DNA from: an uncultured Gemmatimonadota bacterium
GTDB taxonomy: Bacteria > Gemmatimonadota > Gemmatimonadetes > Palauibacterales > Palauibacteraceae
Reading direction: 5' to 3'
DNA length: 64,000 bases
NCBI GenBank assembly: GCA_964510615.1
Contig: CAZEBA010000006.1
Coordinates: 33,807-97,806, forward strand
The notes under the pieces were generated by a model. It was not told the DNA's origin, ran no database searches, and saw only the letters and a program-made list of their open reading frames with translations. Of this stretch, positions 9,035 to 18,567 are shown one piece after another (within the stretch, counting starts at the first letter, position 1; each line of letters starts with the position of its first letter). The position numbers and the translations under genes were made by a program.

Positions 9035-10675
9035 ATGACCAGGATAGCACTCATCCTCTGCGGAGGGGGCTCGCTCGGTGCGTATACGGCCGGAGCGGCG
9101 ACCGAACTGCTGGAAGGCCTCGCTCGCAATCGCCAAGCCGGCGCACGGGTGGGCGTCATAGCCGGAGCCTCGGGCGGCGCGCTCACGGCCGCCGTGGCCG
9201 CGCGCGCCCTCGTCGTCAACCCCCGCCTAGTTCCGTGGATAGAGACCACCTGGGTACGCGGGATGGATGCCGGCGTCCTCCTGGATCCGGGCCGTGCACC
9301 GCGCGACTCACTTCTGGGCGCTTCCGCCATGGACGAGATCAGCCGAGCGCTCATCGCGGGCCCGCGCGCGTCGGACGACGAGCCGTCGCCGCTCCTCGCC
9401 CAACCGCTCGGACTGGGCCTCACCCTGTCGAACCTGCATGGCGTTCCACGCTCCGTCGGCGCGGGCTTTCCGCACCCCTCGGAGCACTCGGTCGGCACCC
9501 GGCTCCACGATGACTGGATCGCTTTCCAGCTCACCTCCGAGGAAGGGCCGGCGTCGCCGGTGTGGGAGAAGGTGCGGAGCGCAGCCGTGGCGTCGGCCGC
9601 CTTCCCGCTCGCGTTTCCGCCCCAGCGCTTGGCGACCGGCGGGAGCGCCATCGCCGGACACGGCCGGGAGGATGCCGGCACCGACGGCACGTGGTGCGCG
9701 GACGGCGGGCTGTTCAACCACGAGCCGCTCCGCCTCGCCAAGCGGCTCGTCCTCCGCTCCGGCGCTCCCGGCGACGACTGGCACTTCGTCGTCGTCGACC
9801 CCGGGCTCCGCAGGGACCCGACCGACGTTGGGGGGACCGCGGCGGCACCGCCCTCGGCGGCCCGCGTCGCGAGCCTGGTGACGCAAGCGCTGCTGCGCCG
9901 AGGCAGTGCCGAAGACTGGATGCGCGCCAACCGAACCAACGACCGTCTGGCCATTCTCGACGCTCTGGTCGCGCGACTCCCGGAGCTCGCCGATGCGCTC
10001 ACCGATCCGGAGGACTTCGAGCTCGGGCGAGCCGTGGGCGAGCTGGCCGAGCAGGTAGCGGAGTGGCGGCTCCGATGCTCCCGCAGCGGTCGCTGGCAGG
10101 CGGCCGGCCGTGGGCGGACAGGAGCCGATCCTGCCCTGGAGCTGCTCGAGGAAGGCCTGACGCGCGTCGAGCAGCGGTATGCCAACGCGCTGGCGCGAGT
10201 CGAATCCCGCGCGGGTCGGAGCCGCCTGGCGAAGCTGATGTTCATCCTCCAGGCCGCGGGCGGCCTCGACGACAAGGAAACGGTGCCCCTTCAGCTGGTG
10301 GCACCGCGGGCCCGGCTGGCCGGAGACCTGCTCGGTGGCTTCGGCGGTTACTTCTGCCGGGAGTGGCGGGAGGCGGACTTCCGCGCCGGCAGGAGGGATG
10401 CCCGGGAGTTGGTGGAGCGGTCGCTGAGCGACGTCGTCAGCTACGAGCCCGCCGAGCGGGAAGTGTACGCCGTACCGGAACCCCCGGAGACTCTCGACGC
10501 CCTGCCACCGGCGGACCACCTCCGGCTCGAGCGGCTCGTCGCCGCGCAGATGAAGACCCTGGTCGGCGGCATCGACGCAGGCCCACTCGCCTCGCTCCTC
10601 GGCTTCGTCTGGAAGCCCGCCCTTCGGCGCTGGGCTGCCGGGCGAGCCCTCGCGGCTCTTCGCGCCTCGGGCTGA
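9035..10675 (+). CDS. Patatin-like phospholipase
   Basis: GGGSLG oxyanion loop, GASGG nucleophile, DGG motif. Confidence 0.8.
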   Translation: MTRIALILCGGGSLGAYTAGAATELLEGLARNRQAGARVGVIAGASGGALTAAVAARALVVNPRLVPWIETTWVRGMDAGVLLDPGRAPRDSLLGASAMDEISRALIAGPRASDDEPSPLLAQPLGLGLTLSNLHGVPRSVGAGFPHPSEHSVGTRLHDDWIAFQLTSEEGPASPVWEKVRSAAVASAAFPLAFPPQRLATGGSAIAGHGREDAGTDGTWCADGGLFNHEPLRLAKRLVLRSGAPGDDWHFVVVDPGLRRDPTDVGGTAAAPPSAARVASLVTQALLRRGSAEDWMRANRTNDRLAILDALVARLPELADALTDPEDFELGRAVGELAEQVAEWRLRCSRSGRWQAAGRGRTGADPALELLEEGLTRVEQRYANALARVESRAGRSRLAKLMFILQAAGGLDDKETVPLQLVAPRARLAGDLLGGFGGYFCREWREADFRAGRRDARELVERSLSDVVSYEPAEREVYAVPEPPETLDALPPADHLRLERLVAAQMKTLVGGIDAGPLASLLGFVWKPALRRWAAGRALAALRASG

Positions 10676-10692
10676 GAGAGCCGCGCGGACGC

Positions 10693-11691
10693 CTACTCCG
10701 TGGCCGGAGAGCGCTGCGTCTCGAGCAGCACCTTCAGGGCCCCCGGCCTGGCGGCGCGTTCGAACCCTTCCAGGCCCGCCTCGAGCCCGTAGCGGGCCTC
10801 CAGCAGAGGCTCCACCTCGACCTCGCCCCCGTCGAGGAGCCGTAGGGCGGGAGCGAACGGACCACACCGGGACCCGATCACCGTGATCTCGTCCACCACC
10901 AGCGACGCCGCGTCGACCTCCAGCGTGCCCGCGTACGTGCTCTTGAGTACCAGCGTTCCCCGCGGCCGAAGTCCGCGCCGGGCGACGGCGAAGCCGTCCG
11001 CGTTCCCGGTGCACTCGACCGCGAGATCGAACGAGCCGGCCACGACCTCGGAGGCCGCGGTCGTCCGAATCCCTCTCCGCTCCAGGAAGTCGACCCCGCG
11101 GGAACGGGACCGGGACACCACGAGCGGCTCGCACCCGCTCACCGCGAGCGTCTGGGCGATCAGCGTCCCCAGCTTGCCGGCACCCACCACCAGCGCCCGA
11201 CCGGAGCGACTCGCCGGCAGTCTCTCGGTGATCTCCAGCGCGGCCGCCAACGGCTCGGTGAACACGGCGGCCGCCGTCGAGATCCGCTCGGGCACGGCAT
11301 GCAGGTTCGACACGGGGAGCGTCAGGTAGTCGGCGAACGCCCCCGAACGCCCGGCGATACCCAGCACCGTGCGGCGCTCGCAGTGCTTCGACAGCCCCTG
11401 CAGGCAGCGGGGACAGTCGCCACAGGCGGCGTTGATCTCGCCCACGACCCGGCGACCCACCAGATCATCCGCCACCTCCGGAGGGACGTCCTCGCCGACG
11501 GCCTCGGCCACGCCCACGAACTCGTGGCCGGGGACTCCGCTGAACGGGTAGTAGCCTCGAAGGAGTTCCAGATCGGTGTTGCAGATGCCGGCGGCAAGGA
11601 CTCTCACCAGCACCTCGCGGGGCGCGACCTCGGGAATCGGCAGGTCCGGCAGGTAGCGCAGCCGACCGCCCTCCAGCCACAGGCCTCTCAG
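10693..11691 (-). CDS. Zinc-dependent medium-chain alcohol dehydrogenase
   Basis: GICNTD, GHEFVG, C-x2-C-x2-C-x7-C, GAGKLG; frame extends to a CTG at 11691 with GGAG RBS (start tentative). Confidence 0.85.
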   Translation of the reverse strand: MRGLWLEGGRLRYLPDLPIPEVAPREVLVRVLAAGICNTDLELLRGYYPFSGVPGHEFVGVAEAVGEDVPPEVADDLVGRRVVGEINAACGDCPRCLQGLSKHCERRTVLGIAGRSGAFADYLTLPVSNLHAVPERISTAAAVFTEPLAAALEITERLPASRSGRALVVGAGKLGTLIAQTLAVSGCEPLVVSRSRSRGVDFLERRGIRTTAASEVVAGSFDLAVECTGNADGFAVARRGLRPRGTLVLKSTYAGTLEVDAASLVVDEITVIGSRCGPFAPALRLLDGGEVEVEPLLEARYGLEAGLEGFERAARPGALKVLLETQRSPATE

Positions 11692-11722
11692 GGTTTGTCT
11701 CCGCCTCCGCCCCGCCGTCCGC

Positions 11723-13738
11723 TCACGCGGGCAGGGCCGCCGCGGGCTGGTAGGCGCTCAACCGGCCCGCCAGCGCCGAGGCCATGACGGTGAACGGGCT
11801 GGCGAGGTAGACCCTGCCGGGTCCGCTGCGCCCCGGAAAGTTCCGATTGATCGAGCTGATCGTCACCTGCTCCGCCGAGGTGCTGACGCCGGGCCCCGCG
11901 TTGATGCACGCCCCGCAGCCCGGTGCCAGCACCGTCAGACCGGCTCGCTCGAACAGCTCGTGGTAGCCGCGCTCCCGCGCATACTCCTCCACGTCGATGG
12001 AGCCGTACTGGATGTACGCGGATACGCCCTCGGCCACCCGGTTCCCCGCTTCCAGTCCCTCGCGGATCACGGTGGCGTACATGTCGAAGTCTTCCCGCTT
12101 GCCTCCGGTGCACGATCCCGCGTAGACGATGTCGACGGGCACATCCGCTTCCAGCTCGTCCAGGAAGACCCCGTGCCCCGGATCGCCCGGCTCCGCCACC
12201 ATCGGGCGCAGTGCGCTCGCGTCGAGATCCAGGGTCCACTCGTAGCGGGCATCTGGATCGCTGGCCAGGCCCCCGACGAGCCGCTCGGCCCGGTCGCGCG
12301 ACATGCGCCGCCTCTCCACCAGCCACTCGACGACGCGGTCGTCCGGAGCCACGATCCCGGTGAAGCCCCCGACCTCGGCCGCCATGTTGGTCAAGGTGGC
12401 GCGCTCATCGACGCCGAGCGCCTCGACCGCCTCGCCGCAGTACTCGATGATCTTCCCGATCGCCTCTCCCCCGCGGACGTAGGGATGCCGGAGGATCTCG
12501 ATCATCAGGTCCTTGGCCGTGCAGTTGGCCGGCAGGCGCCCCGAGATCCGGATGCGCACCGACGGCGGCACCTGGAGGCGAACGTCCCGCGTGGCCCACG
12601 AGTTCACGATCGCCGACGTACCGACGCCGAACGCCAGCGCGCCGAGGCAGCCCGAGTGCGGCGTGTGGGAGTCGCTCCCGATGATCACCGTGCCGGGCAC
12701 GGCATACCGGTCCTGTATCATCACGTGGCAGATCGCCTCGCTCCCCACGCGGTCGGGCAGCTCTCCGTGCAGCCGAACCCCCTGCCGCTCGGCAAACTCC
12801 CTCTGCCGGTCGTGCAGGGCGTAGGCGGCGTCGAGCAATCCCTTCTTCCTCCGCTCCTCGGTGATCACCTGGTCGAGGAAGGCGAGGTGGTCGCGGAAGA
12901 AGACGATGCTCTCCGGATCGTTCAGCTCCGCCGCCTCGCCGGCGAACGCCTCCCAGAACGTGGCTGCCATCGGGGTGACGTACTCGTGGCTGAACCGCAG
13001 ATCGGTTCGCACGAAGCCCGTGTCGCCCGGCCTCACCGCCCCCACTCCCACCTCGCCCGCCGCGAGGTCGGTCACCCAGCGCGAAGCCAGGATCTTCTCG
13101 GCGATCGTCATCGGCCGCACTCCGGTGCGGATCTCCGGCACCTGGACCAGCCCCTTCAGGCGCGCGACGGCGTAGTCGAGCAGGCCGCCGTACTCGATGA
13201 TGTCGCGTTCGATCGGGCCGGCATCCCCCATGAACGCCTCGAGCGGGATCTGCTCTCCGGCGCGGATCCGATCGATGAGGGAGAAATCGGTCGAGGCCAG
13301 GATCCCGCGGTTCTCGCAGTTCTCCCGGTAGATGCGCTCGATGTTCTCGGCGATCACCACCCGGATCCCTGCGGCCTGCTCGGCGAAAGGGGCGGCCTCG
13401 CGGCTCGACCCCTTGCCTCGCCTCTTCCCGGAAACGGAACAGACGAAGCCGCCGTTCTTCACCTCGTTACGACCGATCGGAAACTCGTCCCCGCATCTCA
13501 GGCCGACGTATGGGTATTCTCCGAGCTTCTCGTCGTAGTAGTAGCAGACCCAGCCGGGCGTGATCTCATCCGTGCTGATGTCGTCCCGGAGCGGGATCGA
13601 TGGATCCCAGTCGAGGTCCTCACCGGCCAGCTGCCGACGGACCAGCTCCGGATCCTGGGTGAGGAAGAGGACGCGGCCGTGGAACCGGACCGTATCGGGC
13701 CGTTTCCCGATCTCGCGTGCCAGAAGCTCGGTCAACAT
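11723..13738 (-). CDS. Aconitase-family hydratase, single-chain LeuD(N)-LeuC(C) fusion
   Basis: N-terminal DDISTDEI/GSSRE swivel domain; C-terminal DH, ICH, DSHT, GSCTGG, GCGAC, NRNFPGR. Confidence 0.85.
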   Translation of the reverse strand: MLTELLAREIGKRPDTVRFHGRVLFLTQDPELVRRQLAGEDLDWDPSIPLRDDISTDEITPGWVCYYYDEKLGEYPYVGLRCGDEFPIGRNEVKNGGFVCSVSGKRRGKGSSREAAPFAEQAAGIRVVIAENIERIYRENCENRGILASTDFSLIDRIRAGEQIPLEAFMGDAGPIERDIIEYGGLLDYAVARLKGLVQVPEIRTGVRPMTIAEKILASRWVTDLAAGEVGVGAVRPGDTGFVRTDLRFSHEYVTPMAATFWEAFAGEAAELNDPESIVFFRDHLAFLDQVITEERRKKGLLDAAYALHDRQREFAERQGVRLHGELPDRVGSEAICHVMIQDRYAVPGTVIIGSDSHTPHSGCLGALAFGVGTSAIVNSWATRDVRLQVPPSVRIRISGRLPANCTAKDLMIEILRHPYVRGGEAIGKIIEYCGEAVEALGVDERATLTNMAAEVGGFTGIVAPDDRVVEWLVERRRMSRDRAERLVGGLASDPDARYEWTLDLDASALRPMVAEPGDPGHGVFLDELEADVPVDIVYAGSCTGGKREDFDMYATVIREGLEAGNRVAEGVSAYIQYGSIDVEEYARERGYHELFERAGLTVLAPGCGACINAGPGVSTSAEQVTISSINRNFPGRSGPGRVYLASPFTVMASALAGRLSAYQPAAALPA

Positions 13739-13754
13739 CTGATCGTCCTTTCTG

Positions 13755-15689
13755 TCAGCTCGGCGAGCCGCTCGACCCCTCGGCCATTCGCCGCTCGAGG
13801 TCCTCGAGGCTCGGGTAGCCGTCCAGGGCGGCGAAAACGTCCAGCGCGTAGCCCACCTTGCCGAACGGGGCGCTCACCTGCACCCCCTCCACCAGGTCGC
13901 GCACCTCTTCGAGCATCTCGCGGGCGATCGCGCAGCCTTCCGCCCGGGCGTGCTCCTTTCCCCGCTCCTGCGCCACCCGCATGCGCTCCATGTACCGGTC
14001 CGGCACCTCGATCCCGGGCACCTCGCTATTCAGGAACTCGGCGTTCCGCAGGCTCACCAGCGGCCAGATGCCGGCGACGATCGGAATCCTGGTTCCCTCC
14101 TTCTCGATGCGCGCCAGGAAGGCGACCAGCGTCTCCACATCGAACACGGGCTGCGTCACACCGAACTCCGCTCCCGCGTCCACCTTCCAGTACCAGTGCT
14201 CGATCTCCTCGTCGAGGTCCACCGCACCAGGGTTCACTCCGACCCCAACGACGAACGAGCTGGCGCTCCCGAGGGCGTTGCCTCCGAGGTCCTGACCTCG
14301 GTTCAGCCGGGACACGAGGTTCGTCAAGCCAACCGAATCGATATCGAAGACCGCCGTGGCCTCGGGATACGGGCCCATCTTCGGCGGATCGCCGGTGATG
14401 AGCAGCATGTTGCGCAGGCCGAGCGCCTGGGCTCCGATCAAATCGCTCATCATGCCGAGCAGGTTTCGGTCGCGGCAGCAGTAGTGGACGACCGTCTCGA
14501 GGCCCACCTCCCGCTCGATCAGCGCCGACGCCGCGATCACGCCCATCCGCATCATGGCGCGCGCCCCGTCGGGCACGTTCACCGCGTGGACACCGGCTTC
14601 GGCCAGCCAGCGACACGCCTCGAGCATGTCCGACGGATTCGTGCCGCGGGGGGGAAGGATCTCGACGCTGGTGACCATCTCGCCGGTCGCCAGGCGCCGG
14701 CCCCAGGCCGAGCGCTCGGCCAACGGGACCACGGGGGCGGCCTCCCCGGGCGGGGGCGCCGGAGCGACCGTTGTCTCCGCAGGCGGTCTCCGAATCCGCG
14801 CCCGTGGCACCCGTTGCGCCACCACCCGCACCTGGCTGGCCATCTCGCGCGTATGTGCCGGGGTCGTCCCACAGCACCCGCCCACGATCCTCGCTCCCGC
14901 CTGGACGAGCTTGCGCGCATAGCTGGCCATGTATTCCGGATCCGCCATGTAGATCTTCCGCCCGTGTACCTCCTGAGGAAGGCCCGCGTTCGGCACCGCC
15001 GAGATCGGCAGGTCGGTTACGGCCACCATCCTCTGGATGGCACCGAGGATGATCGCAGGACCAACACTGCAGTTCAGGCCGATCGCGTCGACGTCCTTCG
15101 CCGCGAGCTCCTCCGCGATATGCTCCGGCTGGTCGCCGTACGTCGTTTCGCCGTTCGGCTGAATCGTCATCTGCGCGATCACCGGGAGGTCGGCGGCGTC
15201 CCGGCAGCCGTCGATCGCCTGCCGTATCTCCTCCAGGTCGCTGAACGTCTCGACCAGGAAGAGGTCCACCCCGGCTTCGGCGAGCGCGGCAGCCTGCTCG
15301 CGAAACGCCTCTCTCGCCTCATCCCGCGACACTACCCCGTAGGGCTCCAGGCGGACGCCGATCGGGCCGATGCTGCCGGCTACGAACAGCTCCTCCGCCG
15401 CCGCCTCGCGCGCGACCTCGGCCGCGGCCCGGTTTACGGCCCGGACCTCTCCCTCGAGCCCGTAGCCGCGGAGTCGAAACCGGTTCGCGCCGAAGGTGTT
15501 CGTCTCGAGAACCTGGGCGCCGGCCCGACGGTACTCCGTGTGGATCTCGCGGATTAGATTCGGGTCGGTTCGGCTGAGGTCATCGAAGCAGCGGTTGATG
15601 AATACGCCGCGGCGGTAGATCTCTGTGCCCATCGCGCCATCGAGCAAGATGACGCGACCGCTGTCGAGGGCCTGGCGGAAGTCGGGCAT
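13755..15689 (-). CDS. yitJ: Bifunctional homocysteine S-methyltransferase / methylenetetrahydrofolate reductase
   Basis: LDGAMGT, GLNC, PNAG, GGCCGT; C-terminal MTHFR domain (CRDRN, TGDPP, TQPVF). Confidence 0.9.
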   Translation of the reverse strand: MPDFRQALDSGRVILLDGAMGTEIYRRGVFINRCFDDLSRTDPNLIREIHTEYRRAGAQVLETNTFGANRFRLRGYGLEGEVRAVNRAAAEVAREAAAEELFVAGSIGPIGVRLEPYGVVSRDEAREAFREQAAALAEAGVDLFLVETFSDLEEIRQAIDGCRDAADLPVIAQMTIQPNGETTYGDQPEHIAEELAAKDVDAIGLNCSVGPAIILGAIQRMVAVTDLPISAVPNAGLPQEVHGRKIYMADPEYMASYARKLVQAGARIVGGCCGTTPAHTREMASQVRVVAQRVPRARIRRPPAETTVAPAPPPGEAAPVVPLAERSAWGRRLATGEMVTSVEILPPRGTNPSDMLEACRWLAEAGVHAVNVPDGARAMMRMGVIAASALIEREVGLETVVHYCCRDRNLLGMMSDLIGAQALGLRNMLLITGDPPKMGPYPEATAVFDIDSVGLTNLVSRLNRGQDLGGNALGSASSFVVGVGVNPGAVDLDEEIEHWYWKVDAGAEFGVTQPVFDVETLVAFLARIEKEGTRIPIVAGIWPLVSLRNAEFLNSEVPGIEVPDRYMERMRVAQERGKEHARAEGCAIAREMLEEVRDLVEGVQVSAPFGKVGYALDVFAALDGYPSLEDLERRMAEGSSGSPS

Positions 15690-15717
15690 GGCCGTGAGCC
15701 TATCGGGAGCGAGAGGG

Positions 15718-16653
15718 ATGTGCGGCAGCGAGCGGCATCAGGACATCGTACTCGTCGCTGGAGCCACTGGCTTTCTCGGCGCCTCCATCGTGCGCGAGCT
15801 CGCTTCCGGAGGCTGCCGGGTGGCGGCGCTCGGCCGTGACGCTGGCCGCATACGACGGCGCTTCCCGCACCTCTCGGTGGAGGCGCGCATCGGGGACGTA
15901 ACCCGGCCCGGGACTCTCGAGGGGATCTTCCGCCACGTCGACACGGTGGTTCAATGCGTCCAGTTCTCCGGCTTCCCGGTCGAGGATCCCTCGCGCGGGC
16001 TCACCTTTCTTGAGGTCGACGGCCAGGGGACCCGGAACCTCACGGAGCGGGCGCGGGCGGCCGGCGTCCGTCGCGTTGTGTACCTCTCGGGCGTCGGCGC
16101 GGATCCATCCTCGTCGAGGAGCTGGTTTCGCGCCAAGGGGCTGGCCGAGGAAGCCGTTTGCGGCTCCGGGCTCGCCCATACGATCGTCCGCCCTTCCTGG
16201 GTCTACGGTCCGGAGGACCGGAGCCTCAACCTCTTCGTCCGAGCCTTTCGCCTCAACCCCCTGTTCTTTCCCCAGATCGGAGACGGGTCGCAGCGCCTCA
16301 ACCCGCTCTTCGTTCGGGACCTCGCCGAGGTCGTGGGCGCTATCGTCCTCGAGGGGACGGCGGATGGCGAGACCTTCGAGTTGGGCGGGCCGGTAACGTA
16401 CACGCTGGACGAGATTCTGCGAATCGCAATGGAGGCCTGCGGGCTCAGGCGCGGAATCGTCCACCTTCCGGCAGGCGTGGCAAGGTGCGCCGCCAGGGTC
16501 GCGCAGGTCCTGCCCGGCCAGCTCCTTTCGCGCGATGCCGTCGACTTCCTCCTCCAGAGCGCCATCGCCGACAACCGGCGCTTCCGGGCCCTGTTCTCGC
16601 GTCCCCTCACGCCGCTTCCCGAGGCGCTGGCGACGTATCTGGGCAACCGATAG
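15718..16653 (+). CDS. NDUFA9-like NAD(P)H-binding SDR protein
   Basis: VAGATGFLG, RPSWVYGPED. Confidence 0.8.
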   Translation: MCGSERHQDIVLVAGATGFLGASIVRELASGGCRVAALGRDAGRIRRRFPHLSVEARIGDVTRPGTLEGIFRHVDTVVQCVQFSGFPVEDPSRGLTFLEVDGQGTRNLTERARAAGVRRVVYLSGVGADPSSSRSWFRAKGLAEEAVCGSGLAHTIVRPSWVYGPEDRSLNLFVRAFRLNPLFFPQIGDGSQRLNPLFVRDLAEVVGAIVLEGTADGETFELGGPVTYTLDEILRIAMEACGLRRGIVHLPAGVARCAARVAQVLPGQLLSRDAVDFLLQSAIADNRRFRALFSRPLTPLPEALATYLGNR

Positions 16654-16843
16654 TCCAACACCCTCCGTCCGCCTAACCCTGTTCCTTTCTATCGCTTTGT
16701 TGGTTACATTTTGCGGTCGAACCGGGCGCCGCACTCGCGGAACTCCCCTCGAGGCGCGTCCAAGGCGGAGATCGGGTTGGTGCTGCACGGCGCGGTGCGC
16801 GGTGCGATTCGTGGCCCGGCTTCGCGGATCACCTTATCAACAA

Positions 16844-16860
16844 AGGGCATTCATCTTGCT
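16844..16860 (+). promoter_or_regulatory. Possible sigma54 -24/-12 promoter
   Basis: AGGGCATTCATCTTGCT = GG-N10-GC with GGCA...TTGCT, within a 383-bp intergenic region upstream of an OM protein. Confidence 0.35.
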
Positions 16861-17036
16861 TGCGGGAGCACGCGGTACTTGCGTGATTCCCTATAATGAC
16901 ACAAACTTGCGTCTGCGCGGCGGTCGTGTCTCTGTTGACAGGCTGGCTGCGTGCGGCGTGAGCCGAAAGCTCTCCCGTCCCATCCGTGACAACGGCAACT
17001 TTTTCGGGACGCACTGAAGCAAGGAGGAAAAACGAC

Positions 17037-17792
17037 ATGCTCCGCTACAGACTACTCCGCTCGCTCCTGATGGCGGCTGTTGTCATGGTGGCCATCCCGA
17101 CGGCCGCGAACGCGCAAGCCTACGCGTCGAAGATCTGGTCGTTCGACGTCAACGGGGGCTACGCGATCCCGCTCGGCGACCTCGGCGACATCGCCTCGGG
17201 CGGGCCCACGTTCGGCGCCGGCGCCAACTACTTCGTCAGCGATCTCGTCAGCCTTCGGGTCGAGGGCAGCTGGGATCTGCTCAGCGGCAACGACGACAAC
17301 GTTCTCACGATCAATCCGCTGGGTCCGAGCAGCAGCGATCTCGACGGGGCGCCGAATATCACACTGACCCACCTCACGGGCGGCTTCGACTTCAACTTCG
17401 TCAATCGGGCCGACAGCAAGTTCGTGTTCCAGCTCTTCCTGCTGGGCGGGGCCGTGTTCGTGAACTCGCAGAAGGTCGACTTCCGCGACCCCAATCCGGT
17501 CGACACCGGGGACCTTGGCTGCCCGGGCGCGCCGGGCGGTTACTGCCTTGTCGACTGGCAGGACACGTATCCGGAGTTCCGGGGCGGGATCCGGCTCGGG
17601 TTCGAGGTCGGGGATTGCACGCCCGCGCGGGCGAGGGTTTGCGGCGAGATCTCCATCTTCGGCGGCGTACACTGGATGTTCGGCAACGAGGAGGACACCG
17701 AGCCGATCACCAGCCTGTACAGTGGCGTCAGCCCGTTCGGAGGCTTCCAGGACATCCCGGTGGGACTGAACATCCGGTTCAACGTCCTGTAG
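17037..17792 (+). CDS. Outer-membrane beta-barrel protein
   Basis: Signal peptide ending ANAQ, amphipathic strands, C-terminal GLNIRFNVL; AAGGAGG RBS. Confidence 0.75.
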   Translation: MLRYRLLRSLLMAAVVMVAIPTAANAQAYASKIWSFDVNGGYAIPLGDLGDIASGGPTFGAGANYFVSDLVSLRVEGSWDLLSGNDDNVLTINPLGPSSSDLDGAPNITLTHLTGGFDFNFVNRADSKFVFQLFLLGGAVFVNSQKVDFRDPNPVDTGDLGCPGAPGGYCLVDWQDTYPEFRGGIRLGFEVGDCTPARARVCGEISIFGGVHWMFGNEEDTEPITSLYSGVSPFGGFQDIPVGLNIRFNVL

Positions 17793-17851
17793 CCGCGTAG
17801 GCGGTCCGATCGGCCGGGCGCTTTCTTCGCTTCAGGGCTTCCCGGCGCTCG

Positions 17852-17887
17852 AGAGGCGCGACCTCCAGGTCGCGCCTCTTTCTTTTT
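17852..17887 (+). terminator. Rho-independent terminator
   Basis: AGAGGCGCGACC-tcca-GGTCGCGCCTCT 12-bp stem followed by a T-tract. Confidence 0.9.
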
Positions 17888-17925
17888 GCGGGCCCGGCGA
17901 CGACGGCCGACCCACGCGAGGCCGG

Positions 17926-18567
17926 CTACGGGATTCCGAGGTATTTCTGCGTCTGAAGGCTGAGCCGCCAGCGCGGGTGTTCGAGGCAGTATCTCACCGC
18001 CAGCTCGGTGTTCCGCTTTACATCCGGCCCGTCCATCGGCTGGAGACAGAAGTGGGTGAAATCCAGCTCCTCGAACGCCTCCGGTAGCGCGCCCGCTTGG
18101 GGAAAGACGAGCTTCAGCTCATCGCCCCCCTTCAGTAGCAGCGAGGCACCCGCCTTCGGGCTCACGCACAGCCAGTCGATCCCTTCCGGCGCCGGCAGTG
18201 TCCCGTTCGTCTCAACGGCCACCTCGAACGCGCGCGCCTGAAACGCCCGGATGGCCGCCTCGTCGAGCTGTAGCAGCGGCTCTCCGCCGGTGCAGACCAC
18301 GAGTCGATCGGCCGTCGACCTCGCGTCGCTCGGCCATCGGGCCGCGACCTCGGAGGCGAGCTCCGTTGCCGTGCGGAACTTCCCCCCTCCCGGACCATCG
18401 GTTCCAACGAAATCGGTGTCGCAAAACGAGCAGGTCGCCGTCTCGCGGTCCGGCTCCAGGCCTGTCCACAGGTTGCAGCCGGCGAACCGGCAGAACACGG
18501 CCGGCCGGCCCGCATTCACCCCTTCGCCCTGCAATGTGTAGTAGATCTCCTTGACGGAATAGGTCAT
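17926..18567 (-). CDS. queE: 7-carboxy-7-deazaguanine synthase (radical SAM, Cx14Cx2C type)
   Basis: EIYYTLQGEG, C-x14-C-x2-C (CNLWTGLEPDRETATCSFC), TGGEP, ETNG, VSPK, RLSLQ. Confidence 0.95.
   Translation of the reverse strand: MTYSVKEIYYTLQGEGVNAGRPAVFCRFAGCNLWTGLEPDRETATCSFCDTDFVGTDGPGGGKFRTATELASEVAARWPSDARSTADRLVVCTGGEPLLQLDEAAIRAFQARAFEVAVETNGTLPAPEGIDWLCVSPKAGASLLLKGGDELKLVFPQAGALPEAFEELDFTHFCLQPMDGPDVKRNTELAVRYCLEHPRWRLSLQTQKYLGIP

Noticed and set aside
11960-14398. 812-aa plus-strand ORF (also 50831-53347, 8470-10275, 9308-11134, 118-1638)
   Set aside because: Antisense shadows of well-supported genes; stop codons are rare in high-GC DNA and no domain motifs are visible
15718-16653. 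NDUFA9-like SDR as the ceramide reductase
   Set aside because: The SDR at 1311-2273 is coupled to spt/bCerS and is the better candidate; a role for this one is not excluded
18014-18022. Isolated GTAAAG/CTTTAC hexamers (also near 43232 and 51164)
   Set aside because: Single copies are expected by chance; only the spaced intergenic clusters were counted
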